Shown here: positions 25,320 to 39,039 of the stretch, one piece after another
How the letters are laid out: the number at the start of each line of letters is the position of its first letter
Numbering within the stretch: the stretch's first letter is position 1
Assembly (NCBI GenBank): GCA_002269645.1
Contig: NIVC01003466.1
Span: 32,447-96,446, forward strand
Reading direction: 5' to 3'
Length of the DNA stretch: 64,000 bases
Source of the DNA: Macrostomum lignano
Lineage: Eukaryota
Notes under the pieces: generated by a model
What the model was told of the DNA's origin: nothing
Database searches by the model: none
The model's input: only the letters and a program-made list of their open reading frames with translations
Program-made: the position numbers and the translations under genes

Positions 25320-26240
25320 TCTGTGCTCTGAGCACTCTCTGTTGGGTATACTGGACTCTGAGCACTCTGGCTCAGACTGTGGAGTGTGTTCGACCCTGGG
25401 CACTCTCTGTGGGATTTGAAGGACTCTGGGCGCTGAGCACTCCCGGAGGTGTGCTGCGGAAACAATTCTGAGCACTCCATGAAAAAAATAGTTGTAAAGG
25501 AAGCCATTCTGAGCACTCTCTAAGAAAGAGCATGTGAGGGAACCTATTCTGAGCACTCTCTAAGGAAGAACGTGTGAAGGAACCCATTCTGAGCATTCTC
25601 TGATGAAGAACGTGTGAAGGAACCCATTCTGAGCACTCTCTGATGAACGTGTGAAGGAACCAATTCTGAGCACTCTCTAAGGAAGAACGTGTGAAAGAAC
25701 CTATTCTGAGCACTCTCTGATGAACGTGTGAAAGAACCTATTCTGAGCACTCTCTGATGAACGTGTGAAGGAACCAATTCTGAGCACTCTCTAAGGAAGA
25801 ACGTGTGAAAGAACCTATTCTGAGCACTCTCTAATGAAGAACGTGTGAAGGAACCAATTCTGAGCACTCTCTAAGGAAGAACGTGTGAAAGAACCTATTC
25901 TGAGCACTCTCTAATGAAGAACGTGTGAAGGAACCTATTCTGAGCACTCTCTAAGGAAGAACGTGTGAAGGAACCCATTCTGAGCACTCTCTGAGGAAGA
26001 ACGTGTGAAGGAACCCATTCTGAGCACTCTCTGAGGAAGAACGTGTGAAGGAACCCATTCTGAGCACTCTCTAAGGAAGAACGTGTGAAAGAACCTATTC
26101 TGAGCACTCTCTAATGAAGAACGTGTGAAGGAACCTATTCTGAGCACTCTCTAAGGAAGAACGTGTGAAGGAACCTATTCTGAGCACTCTCTCATGAAGA
26201 ACGCATGAAGGAACCCATTCTGAGCACTCTCGGATGAAGA
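25320..26240. repeat. 36-40 bp minisatellite (ctgagcactctctaaggaagaacgtgtgaaggaacctatt)
   Basis: Tandem copies. Confidence 0.95.
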
Positions 26241-26879
26241 ACGTGTGGGGGAGAGAGCCTGGAACGCTGCATAAGTCAGAAGCATACACACCCATATTAC
26301 ACAGTTAAAGAAAATCACAATGGGACGACGTACAATGTAGCAGAAATGGCATAAAAAAAGACTACAAATTCAATGCTCTGACTTAGTCAGCTGTGACAGG
26401 TTACAAATTTAGTCACAGAAAAGCTAGTATGGCAGCTAGGTGCTTCTAAACATCGCATCCTGCTGCTATTCAGAGCTTTTAGACAGGCCTTAACAGAAGA
26501 ATTCAGTCTTCTCCTACTCTAGAGTAGCCATATCGTCTGTAAATACAGTAGCTATGCTCAAATTCCTATCTGCTTCAATGCTTGTAATTGCAGTTACTAA
26601 AGTACTAAGCAGCATGCAGTCTAACTAACGGCTGCCACACTAGCTGCATACAAACTCAGCAAATCATTTACGCAATGCCTATGAGACATGCGGAGCCAAG
26701 CACTCTGGCTGGCGGCAAAATTAAAGTGCAAATCATACTGCTGAAGAGATGAGGCATGCAGTACTTGCTATTCTCGGTGATGGATGGGAGTTGGGGGGGG
26801 GCGATTCTGGAAGGGAGTTTGGGCAATTTTTCGGATTTTTATAGACGACTTTTTTTAACTCATCAATTCTGAATGGAAA

Positions 26880-27195
26880 TTTTGTTGTGGGCGCTTTTCT
26901 AGAGGATTAAGAGCGATTTTCTAGAAGATTTAGGGGCGTTTTTTAGGCGATTAAGGGGCGATTTTCTAGAGGATTGAGGGGAGATTTTCTAGAAGATTGA
27001 GGGGTGATTTTCTAGGAGATTGAGGGGCGATTTTCTATAAGATTTAGGGGCGATTTTCTAGAGGATTGAGGGTGATTTTCTATAAGATTGAGGGGCGATT
27101 TTCTAGAGGATTAAGGGTGATTTTCTAAGAGAAGTGTAGGGGCGATTCTCTAGGGGATTTAGGGGTAATTTTGTGGGGAATTAAGAGGCGAGTTT
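26880..27195. repeat. About 23-bp degenerate repeat (ttttctagaggattgaggggcga)
   Basis: Tandem copies. Confidence 0.88.
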
Positions 27196-27244
27196 CTAGC
27201 ATATTGAAAAATTCAGAGGGCCATTAAAAACCTGTTGAACACAC

Positions 27245-27682
27245 CTGTGCCCATCAGCAGGAGGTCCCTAGGTGGCAAGCCCACGTCAAAGGCGGCAGCC
27301 ACCGCAGTCACGCGGTGCTTGGCCCCGGCCTGCAGAGTCAGCAGGCTGCTGGCCACAAGCGGCCGCGCTACCAGCGGCGCCATCCTTTCGACCTTCAAGT
27401 TGCTGAAGCGCAGCCTGCCAGCCTCATCAGGAGTCCAGCTGCAGCTAGTCGGCTGCGCCCGGCCGCTCCGCCTGGCAAATTCCGACCTTGGCAACCGGCT
27501 GGCCGTGTAGGGCGCCTGCCAGGCAGTCCGGTTCAGCTCGATGAAGCTGTCCGCGCTCGATAGCAGCGCTTCGGCTTCGGCCGCGTCGAAACGGCAGACG
27601 GCTTGAAAACCACCGGCTGGCGAGTTCTGGGGCGAGAATAGGCCGTAGAATGCGCCCGACTGGCTGAACTGAGTGACCTGGT
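27245..27682 (-). CDS. Semaphorin exon 5 (Sema domain)
   Basis: ttgcag|DQVTQFSQSGAFYGLFS...AVCRFD...RDLLLMGT|gtgtgt; FYGxF and AVCxF motifs; phase 1 to 1. Confidence 0.85.
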
Positions 27683-27704
27683 CTGCAAGCGAGCGGGGGG
27701 AGTT

Positions 27705-27900
27705 GTCTATGGCTTAGACTGAATAGTCTATGGCTCGGACGGGATATTCTATGGCTCAGATTGGATAGTCTATGGCTCAGACTGGATAGTCTATGGCTCA
27801 GACTGGATAGTCTATGGCTCAGACTGGATAGTCTATGGCTCAGACTGGATAGTCTATGGCTCAGGCTGGATAGTCTATGGCTCAGACTGGAAAGTCTATG
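27705..27900. repeat. 21-bp minisatellite (tctatggctcagactggatag)
   Basis: Tandem copies. Confidence 0.93.
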
Positions 27901-28884
27901 GCTGTTTTAATATGGCTTAGACCAGTTTTTTATCACAAATTATCAACAGTATCAAGTTTCCTAGAGAGTGAAGCTAAGCTAGCTGCAATAAATCGATATA
28001 TTTTGTGCAATGCTAAGTCCGACTACATTCCTATAGGCCCCGTAGCCCAAACTCGAATTTTCTCCCTGCTCATCGGCGGCACAGCGGAACTGGGAACATG
28101 AAGCCAGCACGACGGCTGGCTGGGAAAGAAATCAATGAGACACTTCAGCTGCTAGGCAATAGCGTCATAAAAATTTTGAGGCATCGGCTCCTCGGGGTTG
28201 AACATGAGAGATCATATTTTTGACCTCGAAACTTTCTTAAGGTCACTGGCCGGCACTCGACAGTGGAGATTCTAATTTTGGGACTATTGATTAGCGATGG
28301 GGAGGACTGTGGCATAAGATTTTTGTCAACACGTTTCGCTTCCACCCCCCCCCAGTTTTAGTGATGATGATGAAGGAGCGAAGGGTAGACGGGCCCAGTC
28401 TCCGGGGCAAGCTGGAAGTGGACTCAAATCGAACTCTCCAGTGCTCCTCTACTCATATAGAAGCTACAAGCAGAGCGGCGCAAATCCCTGTGGAAATTAA
28501 AAAGGAAATTGTCTGGCGGGTTGCGTCACAGGCCCGCTTAATCAATAGGCTGCTCCCAACAGAGGCTTCTGGGCTTCCTCACCCGGTTTCTCTGCACGCA
28601 TATTGCACTGCTCAGCTCCTCAGATCCCATATGGCACACGCTATTGCCATAATTACTGCTAAATTAATCAACCATTCCTAGCTGAATGGCTCTCTTAATG
28701 CTCAGTTCAAACAGCTCAAAGACGGATACTTCACCTCAGGTACATCGTATGAAAGTCAACTGGTATAAAATGCCCTAATACGAATATTAGATAATAAAAT
28801 GTGAAACTTCGATATAACACTGATTAAGAAATTCATCTTTCTCGATTTTAGTCTCTCTCTCTCTCTGCATATTCATATTTATCC

Positions 28885-29510
28885 ATCACTCTGTATTACT
28901 CTCCGCTCAGTATTACACTCCACTCTATTACTCTCCACTCTGTACTACTTTCCATTCTGTATTACTCTCCACTCTGTACTACTTTCCATTCTGTATTACT
29001 CTCCACTCTGTACTACTTTCCATTCTGTATTACTCTCCACTCTGTATTACTCTCCACTCTGTATTACTCTCCGCCGATATGTATTACTCTCCACTCTGTA
29101 TTACTCTCCAGTCTGTACTACTCTTGACTCTGTATTACTCTCTATCGATCTGTATTACTCTCCACCGATCTGTATTACTCTCTATCGATCTGAATTACTC
29201 TCCACCGATCTGTATTACTCTCCACCGATCTGTATTACTCTCCACTGATCTGTATTACTCTCCACCGATCCGTATTACTCTCAATCGATCTGTATTACTC
29301 TCCACCGATCTGTATTACTCTCAATCGATCTGTATTACTCTCAATTGATATGTATCACTCTCTATCGGTCTGTATTACTCTCCACCGATCTGTATTACTC
29401 TCAATCGATCTGTATTACTCTCTATCAATCTGTATTACTCTCCACCGATCTGTATTACTCTCCACCGATCTGTATTACTCTCTATCGATCTGTATTACTC
29501 TCCACCAATT
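28885..29510. repeat. 17-21 bp minisatellite (tctgtattactctccac[cga])
   Basis: Tandem copies. Confidence 0.93.
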
Positions 29511-31459
29511 TTTATTACGCTCCGTCGCTCGGTATCACTTTCTGCCTCACTGAACCTCATGCTGTGCCCAGCAAGGCAAAATGCAAGCGGGTAGGGAATT
29601 AAAAAACCCCTGGCGACAGGCTTAATTAACGAATCCGGAAGTCCCGTCTTCTCCTGCCTTCGACTTTTTTTTGTCAAGCATCTCTCGCTCTCTCTCCCTT
29701 TCGCTCTTCGCCCAGAAGTCATCATTCATCACCAACAGTTGGCGCTGCAAGACAGACAGGAAAATTCCAACAAATCTTCATAGATATTATAATTAATACG
29801 GGCACAGCATGGTGCCATCCGTAGGCTGCATCAAGGAGGCCAAGAGCCAGATTATGGAGAATCAATTCTTCTCCCAATTTCGGACAACCCGCTATGGTGT
29901 TTGCTGCGTCATGTGGTGCAAAATGTATCCTAAACTTCGGTTCGGTACTCGTAGAAACGACTTTTTTAAACTTTCTTTTTAATTTTAAAGCTAAATAAAA
30001 TAATTGAATTCTAAGCAATACCCGTACACTAAGAGCCAGTCAGAGGAAATTTACACTCGAGTTTCTTAGAAACGCGCTGAAGGCCGATAAGGAACGCATA
30101 TTTGTCGTATCGCCAATGCATTCAGTGTGCTCTCGAGAACTCATAGCGCTGATTGGGGTTTTGCCATAGACAAATCCGGTCGAGAAATATCCGAGTGTCC
30201 GAGTGCGCCGAGAACAATTATATAATCATTCAGGGGCCGGATTGCTATTGTGAAGTTTCAGAGGACCCGAGGGCCGGATAGAGAAGTCGAGTTTGTACGA
30301 GTTGTCATGCACAAAAGGTAAATTGAAATTTAGGCGATTTCAGCCTACAGACTGGGGATTTGGGCAAGAGTCAAAGCTCCTGGTCTCCCTGGCTGCATCT
30401 ATCTGCAATGCACACAGAACTTTTTATAGCCATACGAACCCTCCCACACCGCAGAATCCATATTTATTTTTCTGCGACTGTCGCCAGCAGCACTGGTGAG
30501 GCAGGCGCTGTGAGGGTCGCCGCGCGTGGGAAAGGAGATTTGCGATTTGGGATTCTGGGGATGAATCCTAGACATTCGGGAAAAGAGCCTGCGCGAGAGG
30601 ATGGGATAGGGATTATAAATTTTTTGCTTGGCCCGCCACACCGTGGAAGAGAGCGAAAAGAAGCACCGATCGTCTGGAATTTTTAGTTTTACATTATGGA
30701 TTTTGGAATCCCATTGGGGAAGCTGGTTGGCTGCAGATGGAAAACGCAGGCCTACTAAATACTGGTCTTAGTTAGGAGTCTCAAGTTTCTATAGTGTGAC
30801 CTCGAGGGCTTCGGGATCAGCAGCAGGCGGCGTGTTTTGGGAAAAATTGTCCAAGGATAGAAGACACTCTGCGCGGAACATCTGAGGTCAACACTTTGCC
30901 GAGGCCGAGCAGAAAGTGAACGGCCTGGCATTTAATGCGCGAACAGGGGAAAAAAGAAGACGGCAGGCTCTGCTTCCTCTGCTCCCCTTTTGACTACTTG
31001 CCAGCCTTTTCATTTCGCTGGGAGCTAAGAGGAAAATGAAATTTTTTCAAGATGTCCTTCCAGGATGCCCCTGGCGCTCCATTCTTTGTTGCTATGCTAC
31101 CGCGGCTGCTGCTGTTACTGCACAGAGGTCTGAAAGCTATTGAAGCTTAATGGGCCGTATGAGGGTAGCAACACCCCCCCCCCTCAACCAAAAGTCTAGA
31201 CTTTCCAATGCCTAAAATATCTAATAAATGGTACAGACGGGGAGCTTAAGAAAAATCAATCAATCAACCAATCTGTTTGGTTGTTGATGCCACTAGAAAA
31301 TAGATGGCCGAAATGTTTGTTTATTATAAACTGCTGGCTGGCTAAGTGCCTGGCTGCGAAAGTATCGAAACAGAAGGGAAAATAGGAGAGATGTGGGGAG
31401 ATTGTAGGAGACTAAGGGGATAGTGAAAGGATAGGGAGAGAAGAGAGGAGAGGGCGGGG

Positions 31460-31985
31460 TAGAGGGGGAGTGACGGGTAGAGAGAGACGGGTAGAGAGAG
31501 ACGGGTATAGAGAGACGGGTAGAGAGAGACGGGTAGAGAGAGACGGTTAGAGAGAGACGGGTAGAGAGAGACGGGTAGAGAGTGACGGGTAGATAGTGAC
31601 GGGTAGAGAGTGACGGGTAGAGAGAGACGGTTAGAGAGAGACGGGTAGAGAGAGACGGGTAGAGAGAGACGGGTAGAGAGAGACGGGTAGAGAGTGACGG
31701 GTAGAGAGTGACGGGTAGAGAGTGACGGGTAGAGAGTGACGGGTAGAGAGAGACGGTTAGAGAGAGACGGGTAGGGAGAGACGGGTAGAGAGAGACGGGT
31801 AGGGAGAGACGGGTAGAGAGAGACGGGTAGAGAGTGACGGGTAGAGAGTGACGGGTAGAGAGAGACGGGTAGGGAGAGACGGGTAGGGAGAGACGGGTAG
31901 GGAGAGACGGGTAGAGAGAGACGGGTAGGGAAAGACGGGTAGGGAGAGACGGGTAGGGAGAGACGGGTAGGGAGAGACGGATAGA
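31460..31985. repeat. 14-bp minisatellite (gggtagagagagac)
   Basis: Tandem copies. Confidence 0.95.
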
Positions 31986-32714
31986 GGGGAGAGACGGAGA
32001 GGGAAGAGGGGGAGGGTCAGGCAGAGATAAGGTAGCTGGGAGGAAGAGAGAAAACACAGAGCTAGATAATAAAAGAGGGGGGAGTGGAGAGTGGAAAAAG
32101 ATAGAGAGAAACTAACAAATAAGATAGCAGATACAAACGTCATTTAAGAGATTAGAGAAAGAGTATATTACAAAGTAGAAGGAAGCCAGATCGAGACTGT
32201 TGTTGGTAAAAAGTCCTGGCCAGAGGGGGGTAAGCGGACACACAGAGAGAGAGAGAGCGGGTGACCACTGCTAGAAAAGTAGTGGGATTTTAAACGCACA
32301 TACAGCATCCCCCCGGCTGTCAGAAAAGTGCAGTGGCACCGCAAAGGGGCAGCGGCGGCGGCATGGGTCGTGAAGGCTGCATAGTAGGCACAAGCAGCAG
32401 AAATAAAAGATGAATAGATTCAGGAATGCCGCTAGCTGTCTGCTGTACTGATCTGCGCACGACAGCGGGGCAAGTAAATGTATGCCAGACAGCCTCAGCC
32501 CGCTCCTCTCGAATGCAACTGCGCCATTTAAACGAAAAAATAGTAATAAAGACTTGTTCGAATTTTGCGCCATTTCTAATGCAAAAAAAAACTGAAGCAG
32601 TTTTGACAGCTTGAACTCGATGCAAAAACTTAACTGACTGTTAGGACAAACTGAAATTCAGAAGCTCGTGATCAAAACCTGTAATTTTAATAATAATTCT
32701 TTCTTAATAATAAT

Positions 32715-32905
32715 TCACGCTCACACAGGGTGTACAGCGGCCCCGACTTTCTAACCGTCAGGCATGTACACTCTCGTGCCTTGGAGGCTGGTCCTCATGG
32801 CTGTGAATCGCACGGCCGCCCCAAATTAATGAGGCCGCGCACGGATTCGAACCAGGGCCGTGTCGCGGGAGTCCGACGCGTTTACCGCTGAGCAGCTCCG
32901 GCCCT
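32715..32905 (-). mobile_element. SINE family A, 5' half
   Basis: Reverse strand GCTCAGCGG...GGTTCGAATCC followed by the family body. Confidence 0.8.
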
Positions 32906-33149
32906 TTTAACATTGGCTATAAGGCTACACTCTGTGTCGAAATTCTGAGTTCGGGTCTCCGCGTCTCATTAGGAAACTCTGTCTGTCTGTCTGTCTGTGA
33001 TTCTGAGAATTTCCAAAAAATAAACTCAACTCGCAACCAGCGGCCGAGCTCGAGCTCAAATCAAATTTTCATTCCGATGGCCGGCAAGTAAATTTCCTGA
33101 GGCTGATGAGAGGCAGAGAATCCCAAAAAAACCTGAGCCGCGGATATAT

Positions 33150-34965
33150 AGGATTTGGACGGATTGTCATTAGGATTTGGACGGATTGTCATTAGGATTT
33201 TGAAGGATTGTCATTAGGATTTTGAAGGATTGTCATTAGGATTTTGAAGGATTGTCATTAGGATTTTGAAGGATTGTCATTAGGATTTGGACGGATTGTC
33301 ATTAGGATTTGAACGGATTGTCATTAGGATTTTGAAGGATTGTCATTAGGATTTTGAAGGATTGTCATTAGGATTTGGACGGATTGTCATTAGGATTTGG
33401 ACGGATTGTCATTAGGATTTGGACGGATTGTCATTAGGATTTGGACGGATTGTCATTAGGATTCGGACGGATTGTCATTAGGATTTGGACGGATTGTCAT
33501 TAGGATTCGGACGGATTGTCATTAGGATTTGGACGGATTGTCATTAGGATTTGGACGGATTGTCATTAGGATTTGGACGGATTGTCATTAGGATTTGGAC
33601 GGATTGTCATTAGGATTTGGACGGATTGTCATTAGGATTTGGACGGATTGTCATTAGGATTTGGACGGATTGTTATTAGGATTTGGACGGATTGTCATTA
33701 GGATTTGGACGGATTGTCATTAGGATTCGGACGGATTGTCATTAGGATTTTGAAGAAGTGTCATTAGAATTTGTACGGATTGTCATTAGGATTTGGACGG
33801 ATTGTCATTAGGATTTGGACGGATTTTCATTAGGATTTGGACGGATTGTCATTAGGATTTGGACGGATTGTCATTAGGATTTGGACGGATTGTCATTAGG
33901 ATTTGGACGGATTGTTATTAGGATTTGGACGGATTGTCATTAGGATTTGGACGGATTGTCATTAGGATTCGGACGGATTGTCATTAGGATTTTGAAGAAG
34001 TGTCATTAGAATTTGTACGGATTGTCATTAGGATTTGGACGGATTGTCATTAGGATTTGGACGGATTGTCATTAGGATTTGGACGGATTGTCATTAGGAT
34101 TTGGACGGATTGTCATTAGGATTTGGACGGATTGTCATTAGGATTTGGACGGATTGTCATTAGGATTTGGACGGATTGTCATTAGGATTTGGACGGATTG
34201 TCATTAGGATTTGGACGGATTGTCATTAGGATTCGGACGGATTGTCATTAGGATTTGGACGGATTGTCATTAGGATTTTGAAGGATTGTCATTAGGATTT
34301 GGACGGATTGTTTTTAGGATTTGGACGGATTGTCATTAGGATTCGGACGGATTGTCATTAGGATTTGGACGGATTGTCATTAGGATTTTGAAGGATTGTC
34401 ATTAGGATTTGGACGGATTGTCATTAGGATTCGGACGGATTGTCATTAGGATTTGGACGGATTGTCATTAGGATTTGGACGGATTGTCATTAGGATTCGG
34501 ACGGATTGTCATTAGGATTTGGACGGATTGTCATTAGGATTTTGAAGGATTGTCATTAGGATTTGGACGGATTGTCATTAGGATTTGGACGGATTGTCAT
34601 TAGGATTTGGACGGATAGTCATTAGGATTTGGACGGATTGTCATTAGGATTTTAAAGGAGTGTCATTAGGATTTGTACGGATTGTCATTAGGATTTTGAC
34701 GGATTGTTATTAGGATTTTGAAGGATTGTCATTAGGATTTTGAATGAGTGTCATTAGGGTTTTGAAGGAGTGTCATTAGGATTTTGAATGAGTGTCATTA
34801 GGATTTTGAATGAGTGTCATTAGGATTTTGAATGAGTTTGATTAGGATTTTGAAGAAGTGTCATTAGGATTTTGCAGGTGTCATTACGGTTTTGAAGGAG
34901 TGTCATTAGGATTTTGAAGGAGTGTCATTAGCATTTAGAAGGAGTGTCATTATTTGGATTTGAAA
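33150..34965. repeat. 22-bp minisatellite (attaggatttggacggattgtc), about 80 copies
   Basis: Tandem copies, decaying toward 34965. Confidence 0.97.
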
Positions 34966-35559
34966 GAATGTACATTGGACTTCAAAGACACCTCAATTCT
35001 ATTTTATCAGGATAAGAAAAGAAAAGATAAAAAGAATTGTAAATGAGCATACAAAAAGAAATAAGAATATTAAATTTCTACAGCAGCATAACCCTCCGAG
35101 TCTCAATGAGATCTTACAGTAGACTTAGCAGCTGGCGGACAACTCAAAGACTACTCAAGTTATTAAGGACAGCAGCTCAACTAAGAAAAGATCAGATGAA
35201 GCGAAGCGAAGCAGAACAGCTGAGAGACCAGCTTGGGACGAGAATCAAAGCACGCTCCGGCGAGCTTCAAGTCGGATTAGGCGCTGCCCCCTCTTGACCC
35301 CGCCTGAGCCTGAGCACAAAACGGCGAGGAGAGCAGAAGAGGCGGCCGCCGGAACTCTTGCCGCTTTTTACAGCCTCCTTGGGGACTCATCATCATCCAA
35401 GATCCGCTTCTTGGAGCCGGCAGAGCGGATGCTCAAAGAACCATGCGGCAGAATTCGTTGACAGAGCTTTGACCTCAAAGACGGCAGACATAAACTGCTC
35501 CGACAGTGCACAGCTGAGGTCAATTGTTTTGGAACTTGCAAGTCTATTATGATTGGTTT

Positions 35560-37135
35560 TGATCCCCGGTTCCCTGGTGTCTGTGACCCCCGGTTCCCTG
35601 GTGTCTGTGACCCCCGGTTCCCTGGTGTCTGTGACCCCCGGTTCCCTGGTGTCTGTGACCCCCGGTTCCCTGGTGTCTGTGACCCCCGGTTCCCTGGTGT
35701 CTGTGACCCCGGTTCCCTGGTGTCTGTGACCCCCGGTTCCCTGGTGTCTGTGACCCCGGTTCCCTGGTGTCTGTGACCCCCGGTTCCCTGGTGTCTGTGA
35801 CCCCGGTTCCCTGGTGTCTGTGACCCCCGGTTCCCTGGTGTCTGTGACCCCCGTTCCCTGGTGTCTGTGATCCCCGGTTCCCTGGTGTCTGTGACCCCCG
35901 TTCCCTGGTGTCTGTGACCCCCGGTTCCCTAGTGTCTGTGACCCCCGATTCCCTGGTGTCTGGGATCCCCGGTTCCCTGGTGTCTGTGACCCCCGTTCCC
36001 TGGTGTCTGTGATCCCCGATTCCCTGGTGTCTGTGACCCCGGTTCCCTAGTGTCTGTGATCCCCGATTCCCTAGTGTCTGTGAACCCCGATTCCCTGGTG
36101 TCTGTGACCCCCGGTTCCCTGGTGTCTGTGACCCCCGGTTCCCTGGTGTCTGTGACCCCCGATTCCCTGGTGTCTGTGACCCCTGATTCCCTGGTGTCTG
36201 TGACCCCCGGTTCCCTGGTGTCTGTGACCCTCGGTTCCCTGGTGTTTGTGACCCTCGGTTCCCTGGTGTCTGTGACCCCCGATTCCCTGGTGTCTGTGAC
36301 CCCTGATTCCCTGGTGTCTGTGACCCCCGGTTCCCTGGTGTCTGTGACCCTCGGTTCCCTGGTGTTTGTGACCCTCGGTTCCCTGGTGTCTGTGACCCCC
36401 GGTTCCCTGGTGTTTGTGACCCTCGGTTCCCTGGTGTCTGTGACCCTCGGTTCCCTGGTGTTTGTGACCCTCGGTTCCCTGGTGTCTGTGACCCCCGATT
36501 CCCTGGTGTCTGTGACCCCTGATTCCCTGGTGTCTGTGACCCCCGGTTCCCTGGTGTTTGTGACCCTCGGTTCCCTGGTGTCTGTGACCCTCGGTTCCCT
36601 ATTGTGTTTGTGACCCTCGGTTCCCTGGTGTCTGTGACCCCTGATTCCCTGGTGTCTGTGACCCCCGATTCCCTGGTGTCTGTGACCCCCGGTTCCCTGG
36701 TGTCTGTGACCCCTGATTCCCTGGTGTCTGTGACCCCCGGTTCCCTGGTGTTTGTGACCCTCGGTTCCCTGGTGTCTGTGACCCTCGGTTCCCTGGTGTT
36801 TGTGACCCTCGGTTCCCTGGTGTCTGTGACCCCTGATTCCCTGGTGTCTGTGACCCCCGATTCCCTGGTGTCTGTGACCCCCGGTTCCCTGGTGTCTGTG
36901 ACCCCCGGTTCCCTGGTGTCTGTGACCCTCGGTTCCCTGGTGTCTGTGACCCTCGGTTCCCTGGTGTTTGTGACCCTCGGTTCCCTGGTGTCTGTGACCC
37001 CCGATTCCCTGGTGTCTGTGACCCCCGGTTTCCTGGTGCCTGTGACCCCCGATTCCCTGGTGTCTGTATCCCAGTCTCCTGTTGTCTGTGATCCCCAGTT
37101 CCTAGCTCATGAATCCCCGGTTCCCAGTTTATGAG
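35560..37135. repeat. 24-bp minisatellite (ccccggttccctggtgtctgtgac)
   Basis: Tandem copies. Confidence 0.97.
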
Positions 37136-37154
37136 TCCCCAGTTAGCCGCTCAC

Positions 37155-37299
37155 CGAGCACGTCATAATCGTAGGAGCCGTTGCGGCAGATCAGGCGCAG
37201 CTTGAAGAAGGAGGTGAGCACCCGGGTGGACGGCATGAACGGGGCGGGCAAGCCGGGATCGTTCAGGCAGACTCGGCCCAGCCTGGTGAATCGCGGCAA
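37155..37299 (-). CDS. Semaphorin exon 4 (Sema domain)
   Basis: LPRFTRLGRVCLNDPG...TSFFKLRLICRNGSYDYDVL, matching SRVARVCKNDxGG / TSFLKARLNC; phase 0 to 1. Confidence 0.88.
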
Positions 37300-37419
37300 C
37301 TGATGAGGGACAGGGCGGTGAGGAAAATGATTAGAACTTATGGGAGCGCAGCAGACTGATAAACTTGTCTGCCTAACTGGTAAATCTAACGACCGATAAA
37401 ACACTTTGCCACCTGCCTA

Positions 37420-37785
37420 CTGCATAAAATTACCGATTGATAAACCTACCTCTACCCAGCTGCTGGATAAATCCACCCATTGATAAACCTACCCTCTACC
37501 TACCTGCTGGCTAAATCTACCGATTGATAAACCTACCCTCTACCTACCTGCTGGCTAAATCTACCGATTGATAAACCTACCTTTATCCACCTGCTGCATA
37601 AATCTACCGATTGATAAACCTACCCTCTACCTACCTGCTGGCTAAATCTACCGATTGATAAACCTACCCTCTACCTACCTGCTGGCTAAATCTACCGATT
37701 GATAAACCTACCCTCTACCTACCTGCTGGATAAATCTACCGACTGATAAACCTTCCTCTTATCTACCTGCTTGATAAAGCTTCGA
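37420..37785. repeat. 44-bp minisatellite (taaatctaccgattgataaacctaccctctacctacctgctggc)
   Basis: Tandem copies. Confidence 0.93.
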
Positions 37786-37934
37786 AACCTACTTAATATG
37801 AGTAATAGCTCTGATAGCTAAAATTTACCTACTAGTTAGTCTACTAGGAGCAATAGTTTCAAAGCCACTATCAAACAGGTTGCACTAGTTCTGAACAAAA
37901 GTGAGACCAAACAGCACGCAATCTTGATCTTCAC

Positions 37935-38574
37935 CTTGATTGCTTGACCGTCGGGCGCAGCGAAAGCGTCCGGGCCGTTGACGCTGCCGCAGTAATTGTC
38001 CAGCTCCAGCGCCGGCTCGGTGTACAGAGCGTACAGCCGCTCAGCCACGGTGCCCAGCGCCAGCGGAGTGGCCGACTTGGAGATCCACAGCTCGCGGCTA
38101 CGGCGAGAATAGCCGTCAGCGCTGATCCGGCCAATCCGATCATAGCCCGGAGTCAGCAGCTCCACGAGGTGCAGCGAATCCGGGAATCTGGCGAACTCGC
38201 TGATGAACATGCGGGACAGGCCGCCGGAGCCGTCTGGGAGGCCCAGCGACACACGACGTCGCTGACGTTGGACGCCGAGGCCGGCGCCGCCGTCGCGCCA
38301 TTCAGGTGGCGGTTCAAGCCAGCTGGGCGCCAAAATGGCGCTAATCATATCGCGAAGCCGGTCGCCTATCGGTTGCCAAGGTCCGTTGCTAATGACAATA
38401 AATAAGCGACAGATTGGCGGCGAACTGGCCGACTCGCGGGCGCAAGCGAAGGCCCGGGTGGAGTTGGCGAAGTACAGGTACTCCACCTGCAGGCTGGGCC
38501 CGTCCGAGTCCGGCCAGCTCAAAACTTGGCGGCGAGCGGTCAGGTCGGCAAACGGAACCTCGAATACCGCGTTG
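37935..38574 (-). CDS. Semaphorin exon 3 (Sema domain)
   Basis: ggacag|NAVFEVPFADL...FACARESASSPPICRLFIV...LELDNYCGS...AIK|gtgaag; GC-rich codon bias; phase 2 to 0. Confidence 0.8.
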
Positions 38575-38873
38575 CTGTCCAGGAGGCGCGGCGTGGGGGG
38601 TTCATAGTTTTTAAAATTATTTTGAAAATCTGAGAACTCCTGTGCTAAAGCATGCTAGGGCGCGAATGATAAGGGCGTGAAATGTTTCAAATAAATTATA
38701 TTGAAAAATAAATATTATTAAATAGTTTATATTTAATATTCAATATTCAATTTATATTCAATAGTAAATTATATTCATTACGAAGAAACAAAATGCTGAT
38801 TTTTTGCTAAATGTCAAAACTACTATTGGCTTCAATGGGGGCGAAGTGTGCTTGCAAGATTATTTGAACTCAC

Positions 38874-38964
38874 ATTGCACCAAGATAAAATTGATTGGCC
38901 ATTTCTGCCACGAGAACCAAAGACTGATTGCTGATTTCTAGTGTAGCAATGCTTGAGCTGAGCT
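38874..38964 (-). CDS. Semaphorin exon 2
   Basis: ctttctctttgcag|ELSSSIATLEISNQSLVLVAEMANQFYLGA|gtgagt; joins next exon to give FYLGAINAVF, like the Sema LYVGARNAVF motif; phase 1 to 2. Confidence 0.78.
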
Positions 38965-39039
38965 CTGCAAAGAGAAAGGCATTGGTTAAAAATCCTGTTT
39001 AATTTGTATACTTATGCTAGCAAAATAAAGAAAACTCAC

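Noticed and set aside
25590-25770. CTGATGA-acgtgt-GAAA in units of the 40-bp array
   Set aside because: Stem I cannot form and most units lack the core
38575-38629. Upstream acceptor at 38630 extending semaphorin exon 3
   Set aside because: The frame is open, but the acceptor at 38575 fits exon 2 phase and rebuilds the LGAINAVF Sema motif; may be a minor isoform
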